A stretch of 64,000 nucleotides of DNA from Eledone cirrhosa (taxonomy: Eukaryota). A model generated the notes under the pieces. That model was not told the origin of the DNA and did not search any database. It saw nothing but the letters and a program-made list of their open reading frames with translations. Below are positions 45,413 to 58,145 of this stretch, piece after piece; positions within the stretch are counted from its first letter, which is position 1; each line of letters opens with the position of its first letter. Made by a program: the position numbers and the translations under genes. The DNA lies in assembly GCA_964016885.1 (NCBI GenBank), contig OZ024740.1, positions 236,282,001 through 236,346,000 on the forward strand. The letters run 5' to 3'.

Positions 45413-45589
45413 CCTTCTTTCTTATTCGTCCGCTTATTCCTGAGAGGGTCGTGGGGACAGAGTCCTAAAACACTCCCTCCAACTGGTCCTGTCAGAAGCA
45501 ACCATCTCCAACTAATCCAGCTGGATCCCCAAGCAAGACCAGCCAAACTCATGGATGTTGTCCAGCCATCACACTCGTGGTCTACCCCA
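45413..45589 (-). mobile_element. RTE-clade LINE extreme 3' end (different family)
   Basis: Minus translation GRPRV*WLDNIHEFGWSCLGIQLD*LEMVASDRTSWRECFRTLSPRPSQE*, then an AGA-type tail. Confidence 0.75.
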
Positions 45590-45595
45590 TAATAT

Positions 45596-46229
45596 ACACA
45601 AACTGTAAAACATAAACGAACTAAGTGAAAAATTAGGAATAAGAGGGATCAGATGCAGTTTACTTGAGAGAAGATTACATCGGTATGGTCATGTGATGTG
45701 CATGAAAGACGACAGCTGTATAAAAAAAGTGCAGGGTGATCAAAATAGATGGAAGCTATGGAGTAGGTAGACCCAGAAAAAATGGGACGACATGATAAAA
45801 ACTGACCTTGCACACTTACACCTCTCTAAGACAATGTCACTGGATCAAGACCATTGATGCTACGCAGTAATACAGAAGACCCTTCTTCCATTACATACAA
45901 AGTTAAACCTACAGTCAGTAGGCACCTCTTAACCAAATATACACCCCACTCCACTACCCCTACCCCATCTTCCCACTTCCACCCACACCACCCTTTCTCT
46001 GTAAAGTTATGTTGGTAGCACAGAACATCCAGTCCACACTGTAAAGTGGTCGTGTAGGAGACAATAAAAAGGCTTCCAGTCCACACTGTAAATATGGATG
46101 GTGTTAGGAAGGGCATTCAAGCCATAGATACAGTTGATACATGGTCACCCAACCAATCTTGCCTCAAGTGGGGCAATCCTGTCAAACCTATGTTAGCATG
46201 GAAGATCGATGTTAAACGATGATGATGAT
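45596..46229 (+). mobile_element. RTE LINE 3' fragment, same family as 43640-44605
   Basis: LGIRGIRCSLLERRLHRYGHVMCMKDDSCIK..., same 3' UTR motifs, (GAT)n tail. Confidence 0.85.
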
Positions 46230-46519
46230 ACACATACACACACACACATGCATCTTCACTTTCTTTTTCTCCCACTGAGACTTTAAAACATGTAAGGAAA
46301 ATTATTTATATCTAATCAATTCTGTTGAGATGGTCTAACAAAACGTTCATAAATCTCCTAAATGGTTTTATAATAATCCTTGTCTAAAATATTGCTGAAG
46401 GGAAAAGTAAGATTAGTTTGCTTCAGAAAACTCTGAGTAGGTAGGAAGGTATACACTATTCTACCATGTACTTTATTATATATTATGATATCATCATCAT
46501 CATCATTATCATCATCATA

Positions 46520-46672
46520 TTTATGACTCTTTATGTTCTGCTTTCAAATCCCACCTAGGTTAGCTTTGCCTTTCTTCTTTATGGGGTCGATAAAATAAAG
46601 TACTAGTAACACGCTGGGGTTGATTGAATCAGCTTTCCTCTCCTCCAAATTGTATAAATCAGAAACCATTAT
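46520..46672 (+). mobile_element. SINE family A, diverged (long subtype)
   Basis: TTCAAATCCCACCTAGGTTAGCTTTGCC...GGGGTCGATAAAATAAGTAC. Confidence 0.75.
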
Positions 46673-47411
46673 AGATCCACTCAATTAATACAGCATACCA
46701 AGAAAACACATTGCACCAAAATATCAGAAATTAATGACCCTCCCCACCACCATTACACACACACACTCACTGATTAACAAAAGCAGAAATTATATAGAAA
46801 GATGGAAACTGAAAGGGGATGGTGTTAGTTTTGTAATACATGTGCAGTTGTTGGTAACAACAGCTTCATCTACTGCACTTTGTACAGCTTCTGTCAGTGC
46901 AGCTGGTGTCTTTATAAAGATGCAACGATAGAAAAACATAATTATGTGATGGCTTTGATATTTGCTGGGGATAATAGCTTTAGGCAGCCACACTATACCA
47001 TACCACTAGCCCCACAAGCACTACCACTACCACCCCAACCACTGGGGCTGGTGGTGTATTAACATTAGTACCACAGTGATGCTTGTAATAGTGTGTTAAC
47101 ATGTCATAACTGTAGTGATGTGATGTGGTATGGTGGTGTGTCCTTTGGTAGTCGCTGTAGTGTTAGTATATCATTACAGCTTAGTGATTTATCCTTACCA
47201 TGACAATAGTAGCAGTTATCATGTATTACCCTTCCACTACACTGGTAGTGTAGGTAATGTGTTTCCATACAATTACAGGAGGAGTATTTCCTATATTCTC
47301 CACCAGTCACTCTGTTTGCTGTGGGGTTGATGTTCTTGTAAGTTGGTTGGTTTTCAACAGAGTCAGCATTTTAGTTTTAATTCCATGCTTCAACTATTTC
47401 ACATATGTCAT

Positions 47412-47595
47412 TAATTGTTTCTACTTTAGGCACAAGGCCAGCAATTACCCAGTGCATTACTGGTACTTTATTTTATCGACCCCGTAAGGATGAAAGGCAA
47501 AGTCAACCTCGGCGGGATTTGAACTCAGATCGTAAAGGGACGTAACTATGCTGGAAAGCATGGTGTCCGACCCTCTACTGATACTGCCAATCCAC
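47412..47595 (-). mobile_element. SINE family A, full length
   Basis: Reverse complement of the family sequence. TSD ATGTCATTAAT at 47405-47415 and 47596-47606. Confidence 0.92.
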
Positions 47596-47606
47596 ATGTC
47601 ATTAAT

Positions 47607-50437
47607 CTTCTATGGAATGACATGAACATTGCAAATATACAATACTAGCAGAAGCACCCGGCGATTGTCAATGATGAATTCTTGCCCATTTCTCATTTTT
47701 GTTTTCGAAGTGGATCCAACGTACCCAGGTTTTCTCCTCCTGTAAATGGGGTAGCCACCTTCTCCAGTTTCGGTTTCTTGTACAGAGGAACGTGGGTAGT
47801 TTTTGGTACACATTTTATCCCTCGTGCATGGGGAGGATGGATTAATTAAACCACAGGGTGCATGAATCCTCTGTGACTGGACAATTTCATGCAACTGTGG
47901 ATCAGGCAGTTCAGCTGAGATAAATAAATCAATATCATTTGGCCGAAGTTTTTCATGTAACCAAATCAAAATGTGGGCATGTGGCTATCCTCGTTTTTGC
48001 CATTCAGTTGTGAACATGTCTCATTTGACTGGTCCAAAGACTTCACATTTTTTAGGAGATCCATCGTCTTTATGGCTTTAAGTCTGAATACCCTAGCTAT
48101 AATATCATGTTGATCTTTGGGTTCTTGATGATGATAAAGTTCACCCTTTATTTCATGCCATGCTGGCTTACATGTGAATATAACAAAAAGGTCTGGACGA
48201 CCATAGTGTCTGACATATAAGTGCATCTTGGGTATGCTCATGCATATACCGTAGACTGCCTGTGAAGCTTGATGGAAGAATAACACAAAACTGTCCAATG
48301 TTATCAGCAGCCAATGCTCCTTCATTACTGATTGCATCTCTCAGGTGAATGTAATCTGATGCACAGAGATCTTTCTGATGTGTTTTAATGTAAAGAAGCC
48401 TTTCTCCTTCAATTTATGCATACACATCAACTGCAAATTGCTAGAAGAGCTCACGTGAATGATGAAGAATATTAAAGTCTTGCTCTCTTAGTATGAAAAG
48501 GTAAGCATAGAATTCCACGTAGCTTACTGTTTTGTCAGTGCAGGAGCAGGTGTTTTAAGATCTGTTTGTTTTTATACCAAAGTGATATCCATCTTGGCCA
48601 AATACACAGATTAATGGATACTAAAGTGCATCATATGATTGGTGGGCTGCATTTATCTGCTGCATCTTATTTCCTCTTCTTTGAATAATGATATTTCTCT
48701 TCCCTTGTTCGTTGCCTGCAATAATTGCTGCTACTTCATTTGTGGCAGGGGCATTGTAGCGGCCTCTGTGTTCAGCAATAGGCTTTTTGTCTGCATCAAT
48801 AACTACCTTTTACTCAGTGAGTGGTGCAGATTCTGATGCATACTTAAAGCTTCTGATGTAGCTATTGTTTACATGCAAAATATCTTGCAGATCAAGAATT
48901 AACTCTTCTTTCAAATTTGGAAGGTTAAATGACCGTTGCAAAGCCTGCCCCTTGCAATTTACCACAAAATATAGCTGTAAAAACTGAGGACTTTTGCCTT
49001 CAGTTGGCAACAAAGATCCAATACGATGGTATAGTTGACCTTGAACTTTAAAAGTTGGCTTCATGTTCCCTTCTCTCATAATATTACTACCAAAGGAGGT
49101 CATTTGGAAAGCAGGATTATAATTCCTAATGTTTTTCAAGAAGTCCATGCTCCTTGGTGTGTTTCCCAAAAGCAATGCCTTCAAAATATCTGGAGGTGTA
49201 CCAAACATCTGTAAAACAACCATTCCTCCACCACAACACTTAGTGGTGGTTTCTCTTTCCCATTTCTTTCCTTGACAAAAACTGCACTCTTTTGACATTG
49301 CTCCAATATTAATCAATTTCTCTGTAGAATAATCAGGTTTTGGATCATAGTTGAAAGCTGATCTTTTCCAAGTCCACTTGAAAGGTAAAATTCTTTTGTC
49401 AAACGTATTTAACCTATCTTGATCAAGACACTTATGTCTCTCCTCTGAGGATTGGTGAAGTCCTGCAGCAACTGTTTGCTCCTGGTTTTTTCTTTGTCTT
49501 ATCTCTCGCTGACCTATTGTCTCATTGGCAACTCTGGCAGCCTGTCTTTATCTTGATCCTTTAAAGGTTTTAACCTTTCCTTTCTTTTGGCTCCTGCAGA
49601 TTGCATTTTGTTGACCTAATTGTTCTAACAGTTTTTCCCTTGCCTCTTGTGAGTCATTGGCCCTGTGTGCAGTCGCTCTCCTCCGGTCGTTTTCATATCT
49701 TTGCTGTTGTTGTGAAGGGGACTCTAGTGGCCTTGTTCTGGCTCCCTGTACTCGTCTTTGCTTCAGTGTAGAATACTGATCATCTACATCTACCCCGTCT
49801 CCTCTTGTAAAGAGTGAGAACATTTTTCTTGGAAACTTTTTTGAAAATTAAAATGGGGATTAAATGAAAAAATGAGTGGAAGTTACGTGAATATCTTCAC
49901 AAGAGTGATTGAAATAAATGGCGATTGTGGAACGCTGCATGCACACACACACACATGCACACAAACGCACACATGCACGCAAATCTACACATGCACGCAT
50001 GCATGTACACACATGCACACACTCACGTGTTGATAGTTTTTACTTTCTGTGGAATGCCGCATCCACACACACACACACACACATGTTAATAGTTATTGCT
50101 TTCCTTCCCCTCTTATTTCCACACATCACACACACACACATGTATCTACACTGACACATATACATACAGTATCAAACACAGCGTCTCTCTCTCTCTCCCG
50201 CTATCCCCCTCTTTTTGTGTCGGCTTTCTTTCAACTTCTCCTATAGAACATACATACAGTATCAAACATACAGCGTCTCTCTCTATCTCCCTCTATCCCC
50301 CTCTCTTTCAATTTCTTCTATAGAAACTTGTTCTTTCTCTGTGTTTCTTTCTATCTTCTCTCTGTCTTTTTCTCATTCTGTGTTTCTCTCGCTCACACAT
50401 ATTCTCTCTCACCCTCTGTAACACATCCTTTCTTTTA

Positions 50438-50468
<31 letters not shown>

Positions 50469-50665
50469 GCTCCCTCTTTCTAACTAACTTACACACTCAC
50501 ACTATTTACATTTCTCCCTCTATCAAAAAACGTTGTGACGAATGAGGAGATGGAGGAAGAGCTACTTCCTCATTTGCCTTTCCGTTTCTTTCTCTCGCCT
50601 CTCACTCCCTCATTGGCATTATGCACAGACATACAAATACACAAACATCTGCTAATATATATACA
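47607..50665 (-). mobile_element. Helitron, 3'-truncated, with a microsatellite-rich 5' region
   Basis: Coding remnant as above. The minus strand from about 50665 reads ATGTATATATATTAGCAGATGTTTGTG, which resembles a decayed A|TCTATATAT 5' terminus. Boundary tentative. Confidence 0.6.
47650..49840 (-). pseudogene. Helitron Rep/helicase, N-terminal and Rep domains only, frameshifted
   Basis: AFNYDP...IGAMSKECSFC...CCGGGMVVL; FLKNIRNYNPAFQMTSFG...FKVQGQLYHRIGSLLP; Rep motif 1 GRPDLFVIFTCKPAWHEI; HUH motif EWQKRG*PHAHILIW; tyrosine motif GYPIYRRR. Ends near IIDNR with no helicase domain. Confidence 0.95.
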
Positions 50666-50726
50666 TAAATTATATCTTCCAGTAAATTGAGCCTTTATTC
50701 CTAGTTAAGAAACTTAGCAAAAAATA

Positions 50727-50915
50727 CTGTATATTCTCAAATATAAGCTGAGGAATATGTGACCAAAAAAATCAAGGGTAAAATGGAAGGTTGGCTTATA
50801 TACGCCATCTAAACAATGTGTTGATTGGCTGCATTGGTTTATAAATGGGGTTAGGATTTTCACCTATTTCTCAGACATAAATTAGGAGGGTTGGCTTATA
50901 TTCAAGTATATATGG
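50727..50915. mobile_element. Tc1/mariner-superfamily (pogo/Tigger-like) MITE
   Basis: TA-flanked imperfect TIRs CTGTATATTCTCAAATATAAGCTGA and TTGGCTTATATTCAAGTATATATGG. Confidence 0.7.
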
Positions 50916-50941
50916 TATACCTTAATAGTAATGGTCAGATG

Positions 50942-51235
50942 TGATCATCATCATCCTTTTACATCAGTTTTTCCAAACTTGCATGGGTTGGACAGATCTT
51001 TTTCAACACAGCTTTCCTCCACCTACTATATTCCTTCATCGTCTCCTCTGCCAGGTTCAGTGTTTCAAGATCCACTCTCACCAGTTATGGGCAGATGATC
51101 CTTGGTCTTCCTCTACTGCAGCTTCCTTCCACTCGGAACTTTTGGCATTTCTTCATCCAACAATCATCATCCATATGCATCACATGTTCATACCAGCACA
51201 GTGTTCTCTTTTGGATGCTACATTTGATTTCCCTT
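50942..51235 (-). mobile_element. RTE LINE 3' fragment
   Basis: Minus translation IKCSIQKRTLCWYEHVMHMDDDCWMKKCQKFRVEGSCSRGRPR, with a (GAT)n tail at 50942-50953. Confidence 0.85.
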
Positions 51236-51439
51236 GTATTGAAAATAATTCTGTTGTTAGTTTATTTAGTAAGGAAAAACAATTTAATAGAAGAATGAAA
51301 AAAAAAAGGTTGAGAAGAAAGTATGGAATGTAAAATAAGAAAATATAAAAAAAAACAAAAAGGAAAGGAAAGGCAAGGGCTCTAGTATCATGGAAAAGTG
51401 AGGAGGAGGAAGGGTGTGATTTGGCTCTGGGTCTAGAGC

Positions 51440-51815
51440 ATGGTGGTAATGGGGCTGTGCCCCGTGGACAAGACTGCAAAGGCATTCCCATGGACTATGG
51501 CCAGTGGCACCTGCTACAACAGCCACCCCACCTCATGGGGCTCCTTCCTCAGATGGGCTGCCAACATATCAATCTTTCAGAGGAGATTTGGCAGTACAGG
51601 GTCTAAGTATCCCTGAGGTCTTGACGGCGACCAGTGTGAAGAGGAAGTGGCCAGACAATCCCCGGTATTTGTTTATCTTCTTTTCCTCAGCATAGCGGGC
51701 TGCAGTAACAGAGTTTGGAGCTGAAGCGACTAAGTTGGAGGCAGAAAACATGTCACAGCATGTGGCATCCCAAAGGAGGGATCTAACTCCTTTGAATGGG
51801 AAGAGGGTGATTCCA
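51440..51815 (-). mobile_element. Non-LTR retrotransposon 3' end with a restriction-like endonuclease (CRE-like)
   Basis: GITLFPFKG..LLWDATCCDMF...AARYAEEKKINKYRGL...VAVKTSG...WLL*QVPLAIVHGNA, matching the RLE C-terminal pattern (WD.T, AE..K..KY, VET.G, RGN). Confidence 0.75.
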
Positions 51816-52039
51816 AGGTCACATGTTGACCTGTGATTCAGTGAGTGGATCAGTTTTGTGACTAGGTGTTACTTAACTATTCCCCCATTTTGCTTGTAAT
51901 TTATTTCTGACATATGTAATATTGTCATTGGTAGGGGCAGTCATCAGTACAGAGAAGAACATAAAACATTTACTCCACTGTCCACATACAGGGGTAACAA
52001 ACTTGTCCACATATACTTCTAGTGACATGAATATAGTAA

Positions 52040-52156
52040 TAATTGTTTCCACTTTTGGCACAAGGCCAGCAATTATCCCAGTGCATTACTGGTACTTTAT
52101 TTTATCGACCCCGTAAGGATGAGAGGCAAAGTTAACCTCGGCGGGATTTGAACTCA
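52040..52156 (-). mobile_element. SINE family A, 5'-truncated
   Basis: 16-bp TSD TGAATATAGTAATAAT at 52028-52043 and 52165-52180. Confidence 0.9.
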
Positions 52157-52181
52157 ACAGGATTTGAATATAGTAATAATA

Positions 52182-52683
52182 TGTAAAATATGGCGTCAGT
52201 AATATAAATATTCAATCTTTAAGGTAAGCATTGAATAAGCAGAACAGACTATCATACACAGATAATAGTTAAGGCATTTAACACATAAGTCTAATTTACA
52301 TCTATAGCAATTTACTGGTGTGTATGAATATAACATGAGACGTGGTTTGTGTGTATAACATTTAATTAACAATTTGTGGATATATAGAACAGTATAGTTG
52401 ACATGTCAATGAATAGATGAAAGAATGAAGCAAAGTTATTAGTTACCGTTTTGGTTGCCAGGCAAACGCGCCGGGCCGAAGACGGCTGGCCGAAGGCCAG
52501 GAGCCGAAAAGGCAAATGAGAGAAAGGGAGCTGAAAGTTCTTCGTTTTATAGGGTTCTGCCGGAAGTGATAAAAAGGGTTCTGTCACCCCAACGGGAAGC
52601 AACTCCAGCTACTTCCTGTCTAGAGAGCATTACTCTATTGGTGATGTGAGTGTCACAACAAGGGAAGCAACTCCTGCTACACA
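52182..52683 (-). mobile_element. Possible solo LTR
   Basis: TG...CA ends are possible. Minus-strand CTATAAAA near 52545-52552, ETS-like CCGGAAGT, direct repeat GGGAAGCAACTCC(A/T)GCTAC twice, locally CpG-rich. No TSD found. Confidence 0.4.
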
Positions 52684-52734
52684 TCTGTATGTATGCAAAT
52701 ATAAGGCAATGAACTGTTAGAGTCATTAGAATGT

Positions 52735-52910
52735 CAGCTAGAATGTTTTGTGATATTCATTCCAGCTCTCTTGTCCCTGAGTTTGAATTGAGCTGATACC
52801 AACTTTGCCTTTCATTCTTTTGAGGTAAAAATAAAAGTATTAGTCCAGAACTGAGGTGGATTCTTCATCTTTATCTCTTTCTCACTTCTTCCCTGAAAGA
52901 AATTGGCTAT
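52735..52910 (+). mobile_element. SINE family A, old and degenerate
   Basis: CTGAGTTTGAATT...AACTTTGCCTTTCATTCTTTTGAGGTAAAAATAAAAGTA. Confidence 0.6.
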
Positions 52911-53487
52911 GTTCAGACCTGGATAAGGATGGGTTCCGCCAGGTTTAAATGCCCAAGGCATGCTGTATGTCCCTGTCGTACCTCTACAACTCCATCAGAA
53001 GTTACAGGTCTTTACATATGAGAGTCAGCTGTAAAGTTCATAGGCTGACCAAGATACTCTCATGGAATGACCAAATAAGGTTTATTTTTTTAACATTGTC
53101 CCCGGAAAAAAACAATTCATTTATTAATAAGAAGAGCTGAAATTAATGCATGCAAGACTCCTTCATAGTCAGCCAATGAACTGTTCAGCCCACCCTCATA
53201 CATATGTAAATATAAGACATCTGGATATAATCAGAGATTGGGCTGATTGAAATGTAGTGCAGCAGGCAAACACATAAAAGGTGAAGTTAATAGTCTGTAA
53301 AATTCATGATGTTGCATTGATAACTTATTTCAGATGCACAGACTGTTACTGTGATGTGTTACATTAGTTTTTTTTTAAATTACTCAGTATCTGTTTTAGT
53401 AAATTAGTGATGGTTTCAAACATTTCAGCATTCAATTTGTAAAAGATTTGGAAACATAACTATCATTATAGAAAATATATTCATTTC

Positions 53488-53993
53488 CAAAACTACCAAC
53501 GCCACTCAAACACCTATCAAATCCTCCAAGATGAGTTAAACATTTATTGAAATCTCAAACACTTGTCAAGCATCTATTTTGGGTGGCAGGCTTAATCTAT
53601 CACCTTGTTTAACACCTCTACATGGCCCTTGAATACCTCTAGTAGAATTCACTTTCTTGCAAGCATTTGTCAAGGATCTGGGCTGAGGATAACTTCCTCT
53701 TTTCCTCCCATAAGCCACAGAAGCTCTGGAAGGTGATAGGCATTGCCCTTCTTCCTCAAAGACATAACAAAATATTTTTTAAAACCTCCAACACCAGTAA
53801 AATATGTATCAAAAACCTCCAGCACCAGTTAAACATGTATTAAAACCCCAGCACAAGTCAAGTATGTATCAGAGCCTTCAGCAACAGTTAAACAGATATC
53901 AAAACCACCAAACAGTCAAAACACCTATCAAAACTTCCAGCATGAGTAAAAAATTTATAAAACCCCTAAACATCAGTCAAACATTTATCAAAT
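53488..53993. repeat. Degenerate 29-31-bp minisatellite (about 3 + 7 units, interrupted at 53576-53780)
   Basis: Consensus close to AAAACCTCCAGCACCAGTTAAACATGTATC. Confidence 0.75.
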
Positions 53994-54637
53994 AATGTAT
54001 CTATACAACCTGGACACCTCATGCAATGATCTAATTATTTCTGTCTCTAGTTATGAAATTACTGTCAAATTGTTTGTCACATAACACATGATGTTGTCGA
54101 GTCTTCCCAGCTCAAATTCCACCTCTTTCACTCCACCCCTTCCATTATTGAACTGCCAATATATTAGTACATAATACTAATTATAATGATGTGTAATCTA
54201 ATCTGACAACTTTCAGTGATTAATTATGGCAAGAGAACAGTGATTGTTTTAGAAGTTCACTGCCAATTATTGCAGACTCTACATTGTATAGACATGTTTG
54301 GTTTTATTCTCAACTAACTAGAGGAAGATAATTCCTCTACCCCCACCCCAAGTAATTAGTTGAGTCAGTCTCCTCCTCCTCCTCCTCCTCCTCTTCCTCC
54401 CACTTGCCTTCTTTCTGCCCCTTCCCTTTATCTCCTTCATTCTTTTTTTTTTGTCTCTTCTCCTCCTACTTCAGCTTATTCATAACCACCACCACCACCA
54501 CCACTACTATTATCTGGCATAATTCATTTTTCTTCACCCTCATCCACAACATGACAGCTTCTACGAAAATACTCACCCTGCTAAAAATAAGAGTGAGATC
54601 TTCCTTAAATCACACCCTTCTTGTGACATTATTATAT

Positions 54638-54830
54638 CGGTGGATTGGAAGTAACGGTAGTGGGTCGGGCACCATGCTTTGCAGCATAGAGTTACGCCCC
54701 TTTACGCTCTGAGTTCAAATCCCACCGATGTTAACTTTGCCTTTCATCCTTACAGGGTCGATAAAATAAAGTACCAGTAATACACTGGGATAATTGCTGG
54801 CCTTGTGCCAAAAGTAGAAACAATTATTAT
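54638..54830 (+). mobile_element. SINE family A, full length
   Basis: A and B boxes, core and tail. TSD ATTATTATAT at 54628-54637 and 54823-54832. Confidence 0.9.
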
Positions 54831-55386
54831 ATATCTACATCTAGCAATATTTTAACTATGACATTGTGAAATGTAGTATACTGATTAGATACATGTGTCC
54901 AGAGATGTATTGAACACTTAGTGTGAAATGTCCTTGTTGGTGTCATCTACATTGGGACAATGATGATAGAATGAAAAGTGGAGTCATATTGTTAATGTTT
55001 ATACCATAGTCAAAACTCACTAGAGGATCTGCAAAACACTCAAACATTTTATAGTATTATCTCTTAATATAGCAATGAATAATTCAACCCTGTGGTACCA
55101 ATTCCCAACCAGGTAGACTGGACTGTCAGAGAGTTAAGTGTCTTGACTATGAATATAGTGCCATAAACTATAACATATTGTGGTGTTTACTTGTAAAGGA
55201 AATATAGTTAAAATATATGTAACTGCCTGCCATGAGAAAAAAGAAATTATCTGATATTTTAGGCTCAGTCGCTGTATCAAGGAAAAGAAGGGAGATAAAT
55301 CTATTGCTGTTATCCAGCAACCATTTACCCCGACACTATGATTCCTAGAAAACAGCACATGAATCTGTCTCTTTTCTCTACCTTAA

Positions 55387-55597
55387 CTCTTTAGCATTTA
55401 CAATTACTATTGTATTTTCACGGTAAAGGCTTTACCTTACATAATTATCTCACATTATATCAAATCTAAGAGATTTTGATATCATTTATTTTAAGAACAA
55501 TACCTTAACATCAGTATTAGCAGCCAGTTACAGCTAGTTTGAACAGAAAGAGGTGAGAGAATTTTGACCAGATACAACCAGTTTAAATGCTAAAGGG
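55387..55597. mobile_element. piggyBac-type MITE
   Basis: TTAA at 55383-55386 and 55598-55601. 14-bp TIRs CTCTTTAGCATTTA and TAAATGCTAAAGGG (13/14). Confidence 0.85.
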
Positions 55598-56255
55598 TTA
55601 ATACAGGGTCTCACAGCAGCTACGTGTATTCTAATTACAATATTGCTTTTTCATTACTTGTTGTCAATGCAGGCCCACACAAGATTCTGATTTTACTCTC
55701 TATTTGGTTGCCTGAACTATTGACAGTTAAGCAACTTAGCTAAGTAAATTGAAGTATATATAATAAACTATAATACATACAATTAGGTAGACTGGTTGTT
55801 CAGTGTCTTAGCTGAAGAATGCACTTCTATCTGTGCCAAGAAGAGTGTTTTTACATGGTAATTCACCACCCATAACAGGCTATATACCACTATAATGCTT
55901 GAGAAAACCAGAAAGTCTCTATGCAGTCACTTTACCAGCATTTGAACAATTGCGAAATCTCCCTCAAAGTTACACCCTACCATCTTTAAAAAAAGTTCTT
56001 ATTGAATAAGTTTACCCCTGATGTGTTATTTATCAAAACTTAAATGTGATGGTCACAACAGGAACATTTTTTAATATAGTTTTGAAAATATCTATCAAAG
56101 CTGACCTGAGGTTTAAACAATAACAATAACAACTAACAAAATGACATCATTTTCTATATAAGCCAGTTTTAGGATCACTCCAACGGCTAGAAATATAATC
56201 CAAATATCTCTCATACACCCCATACACCCATGCAAATGAAGGACACCCTGGATAT

Positions 56256-56590
56256 TGTCATCAACAGGTGCCAAGTCTGTTCCAGACATCAGTGATCATG
56301 GTTCTCCAGCCCTTCCTGTTGTCAGTGTTCCGAATAAGGTTGCTCTTTCTTGTCCTACTTTCATTGGCGTATTTGTTCAGGTTGTCTTTAAATGGTGTTT
56401 TTTGTCTTCCTTGTCATCTCTTTCCAGCGATTTTGCCACAAAGAATCAGCTTCTCTAAACTGACTCTTCTGTTTATGTGGCCAAAGAGTTCCAAATGCAA
56501 GAGATCCTTCTGTGCCTGCCAGTCTTAGGACTTTAACATTAGTTTTCTTTTCCATTCAAAATATTTTGAATATTCTCTGGATGAACCACA
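56256..56590 (-). mobile_element. RTE/BovB-like LINE 3' end
   Basis: Minus translation EKKTNVKVLRLAG...FGHINRRVSLEKLILCGKIAGKR*QGRQ...NRKGWRTMITDV. Confidence 0.8.
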
Positions 56591-56857
56591 AGTCCTAGAT
56601 ATACTATGACTAAATAAAAAAGACAGAACTGTTATGGTTAGCAAACCTTTGATATTTAAACACAGATCTGCTTGATAACCGAAGATTTGGGGCTAAACAA
56701 CATTGTTAATACTATAAACATATCATAACTAGCCTGGAAAGGTATGACTTATATATAAACTCATGAAGTGTTTATGAAGATTAGTTTGTGAGCAGCAAAT
56801 ATCTTTCTCTCTATAGCAGTGTGAGCCCTTTAAGGCTGCAACAATCAGTGAGATTCC

Positions 56858-56997
56858 ACAGCACAAATGATGTCTTCACACATCACACAGCTCTCAAGCC
56901 AAACTGAAGAGTTCTCTATACCCAATATTGTCTCCATTCAACCACGAACCACTTTAGAGAATGTACTAGGTACAATTTATGATACCACCATTTTACT
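56858..56997. repeat. Dispersed repeat of about 140 bp, copy 1 (copy 2 at 60034-60172)
   Basis: About 8 substitutions between the copies. The minus strand contains AGTACATTCTCTAAAGTGGTT, similar to the RTE 3'-UTR motif. Confidence 0.85.
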
Positions 56998-57359
56998 TGA
57001 CCAAACATTGAACAATAAGGCACATACTGCTGAAGATGAGCCTTCAACCAGCTATTCACCTTGTTTTCTCATCTAATAAATGGACAAAGGTCAGTTACAG
57101 AGACAAAGAATCACTATTTGCTATATTGCAATACAGAACTAATAAGTAGGAATGGGGGAAACTGATCTAGAGATGAGGTATGGAATGATTAATAAATAGA
57201 TAGGAAGTGTGAGGAGGCTCATAACAACAAAGGTCATACTCTAGTGGTCTGCTGGTAATAATGGGATACTTTAGCCACATGGATGGTTTGGTCAATTACA
57301 CACATATACACACACATCCATAACAGCATATTAAAATAACTAATTATGATGGTAATAAT

Positions 57360-57590
57360 ATAATAATATATATGGCTGACTAACTAAATGTGCTTTCCTT
57401 CTGTTTAATTATTTTCCATTTTTTGTCTTTTCTTACTCTAATCTACATTTCCATTTCTCCTTCTCTCTTCCATACAACCTCTGTCTCTTTAATTCTATTT
57501 CCAATGAAGGACAAATGTCTGAAACGTTAAGACTCTTTTTCTACTGTAGGAAGCGTTAAACTAATATATATCATCATTGTTTTTTATTTT
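57360..57590 (+). mobile_element. Penelope-like pseudo-LTR end with a decayed hammerhead core
   Basis: CCAATGA-AGGAC-AAAT-GTCT-GAAACGTTA (57501-57529), then AAGCGTTAAACTAATA, followed by (TA)n. Confidence 0.5.
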
Positions 57591-57669
57591 TATGTGTTTA
57601 TTTCCTTGTTAACTGTTCCTTTATACATACATACAAACATATATATATAAATATTATTAATATCATTGG

Positions 57670-58038
<369 letters not shown>

Positions 58039-58145
58039 GAGTGTCTGTGGTATGATGACCAGGAAGACCACAAATCAGAATAGTACTTGATGCATGATGG
58101 GATGCATAGTGGCTATATTAATGAGGTAAAATTCGACTGTAATTC

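Noticed and set aside
46985-47140. Orphan copies of the 49-bp satellite
   Set aside because: Only short low-complexity matches (CCACACTATACCAT; TGTAGTGATGTG) with no periodicity.
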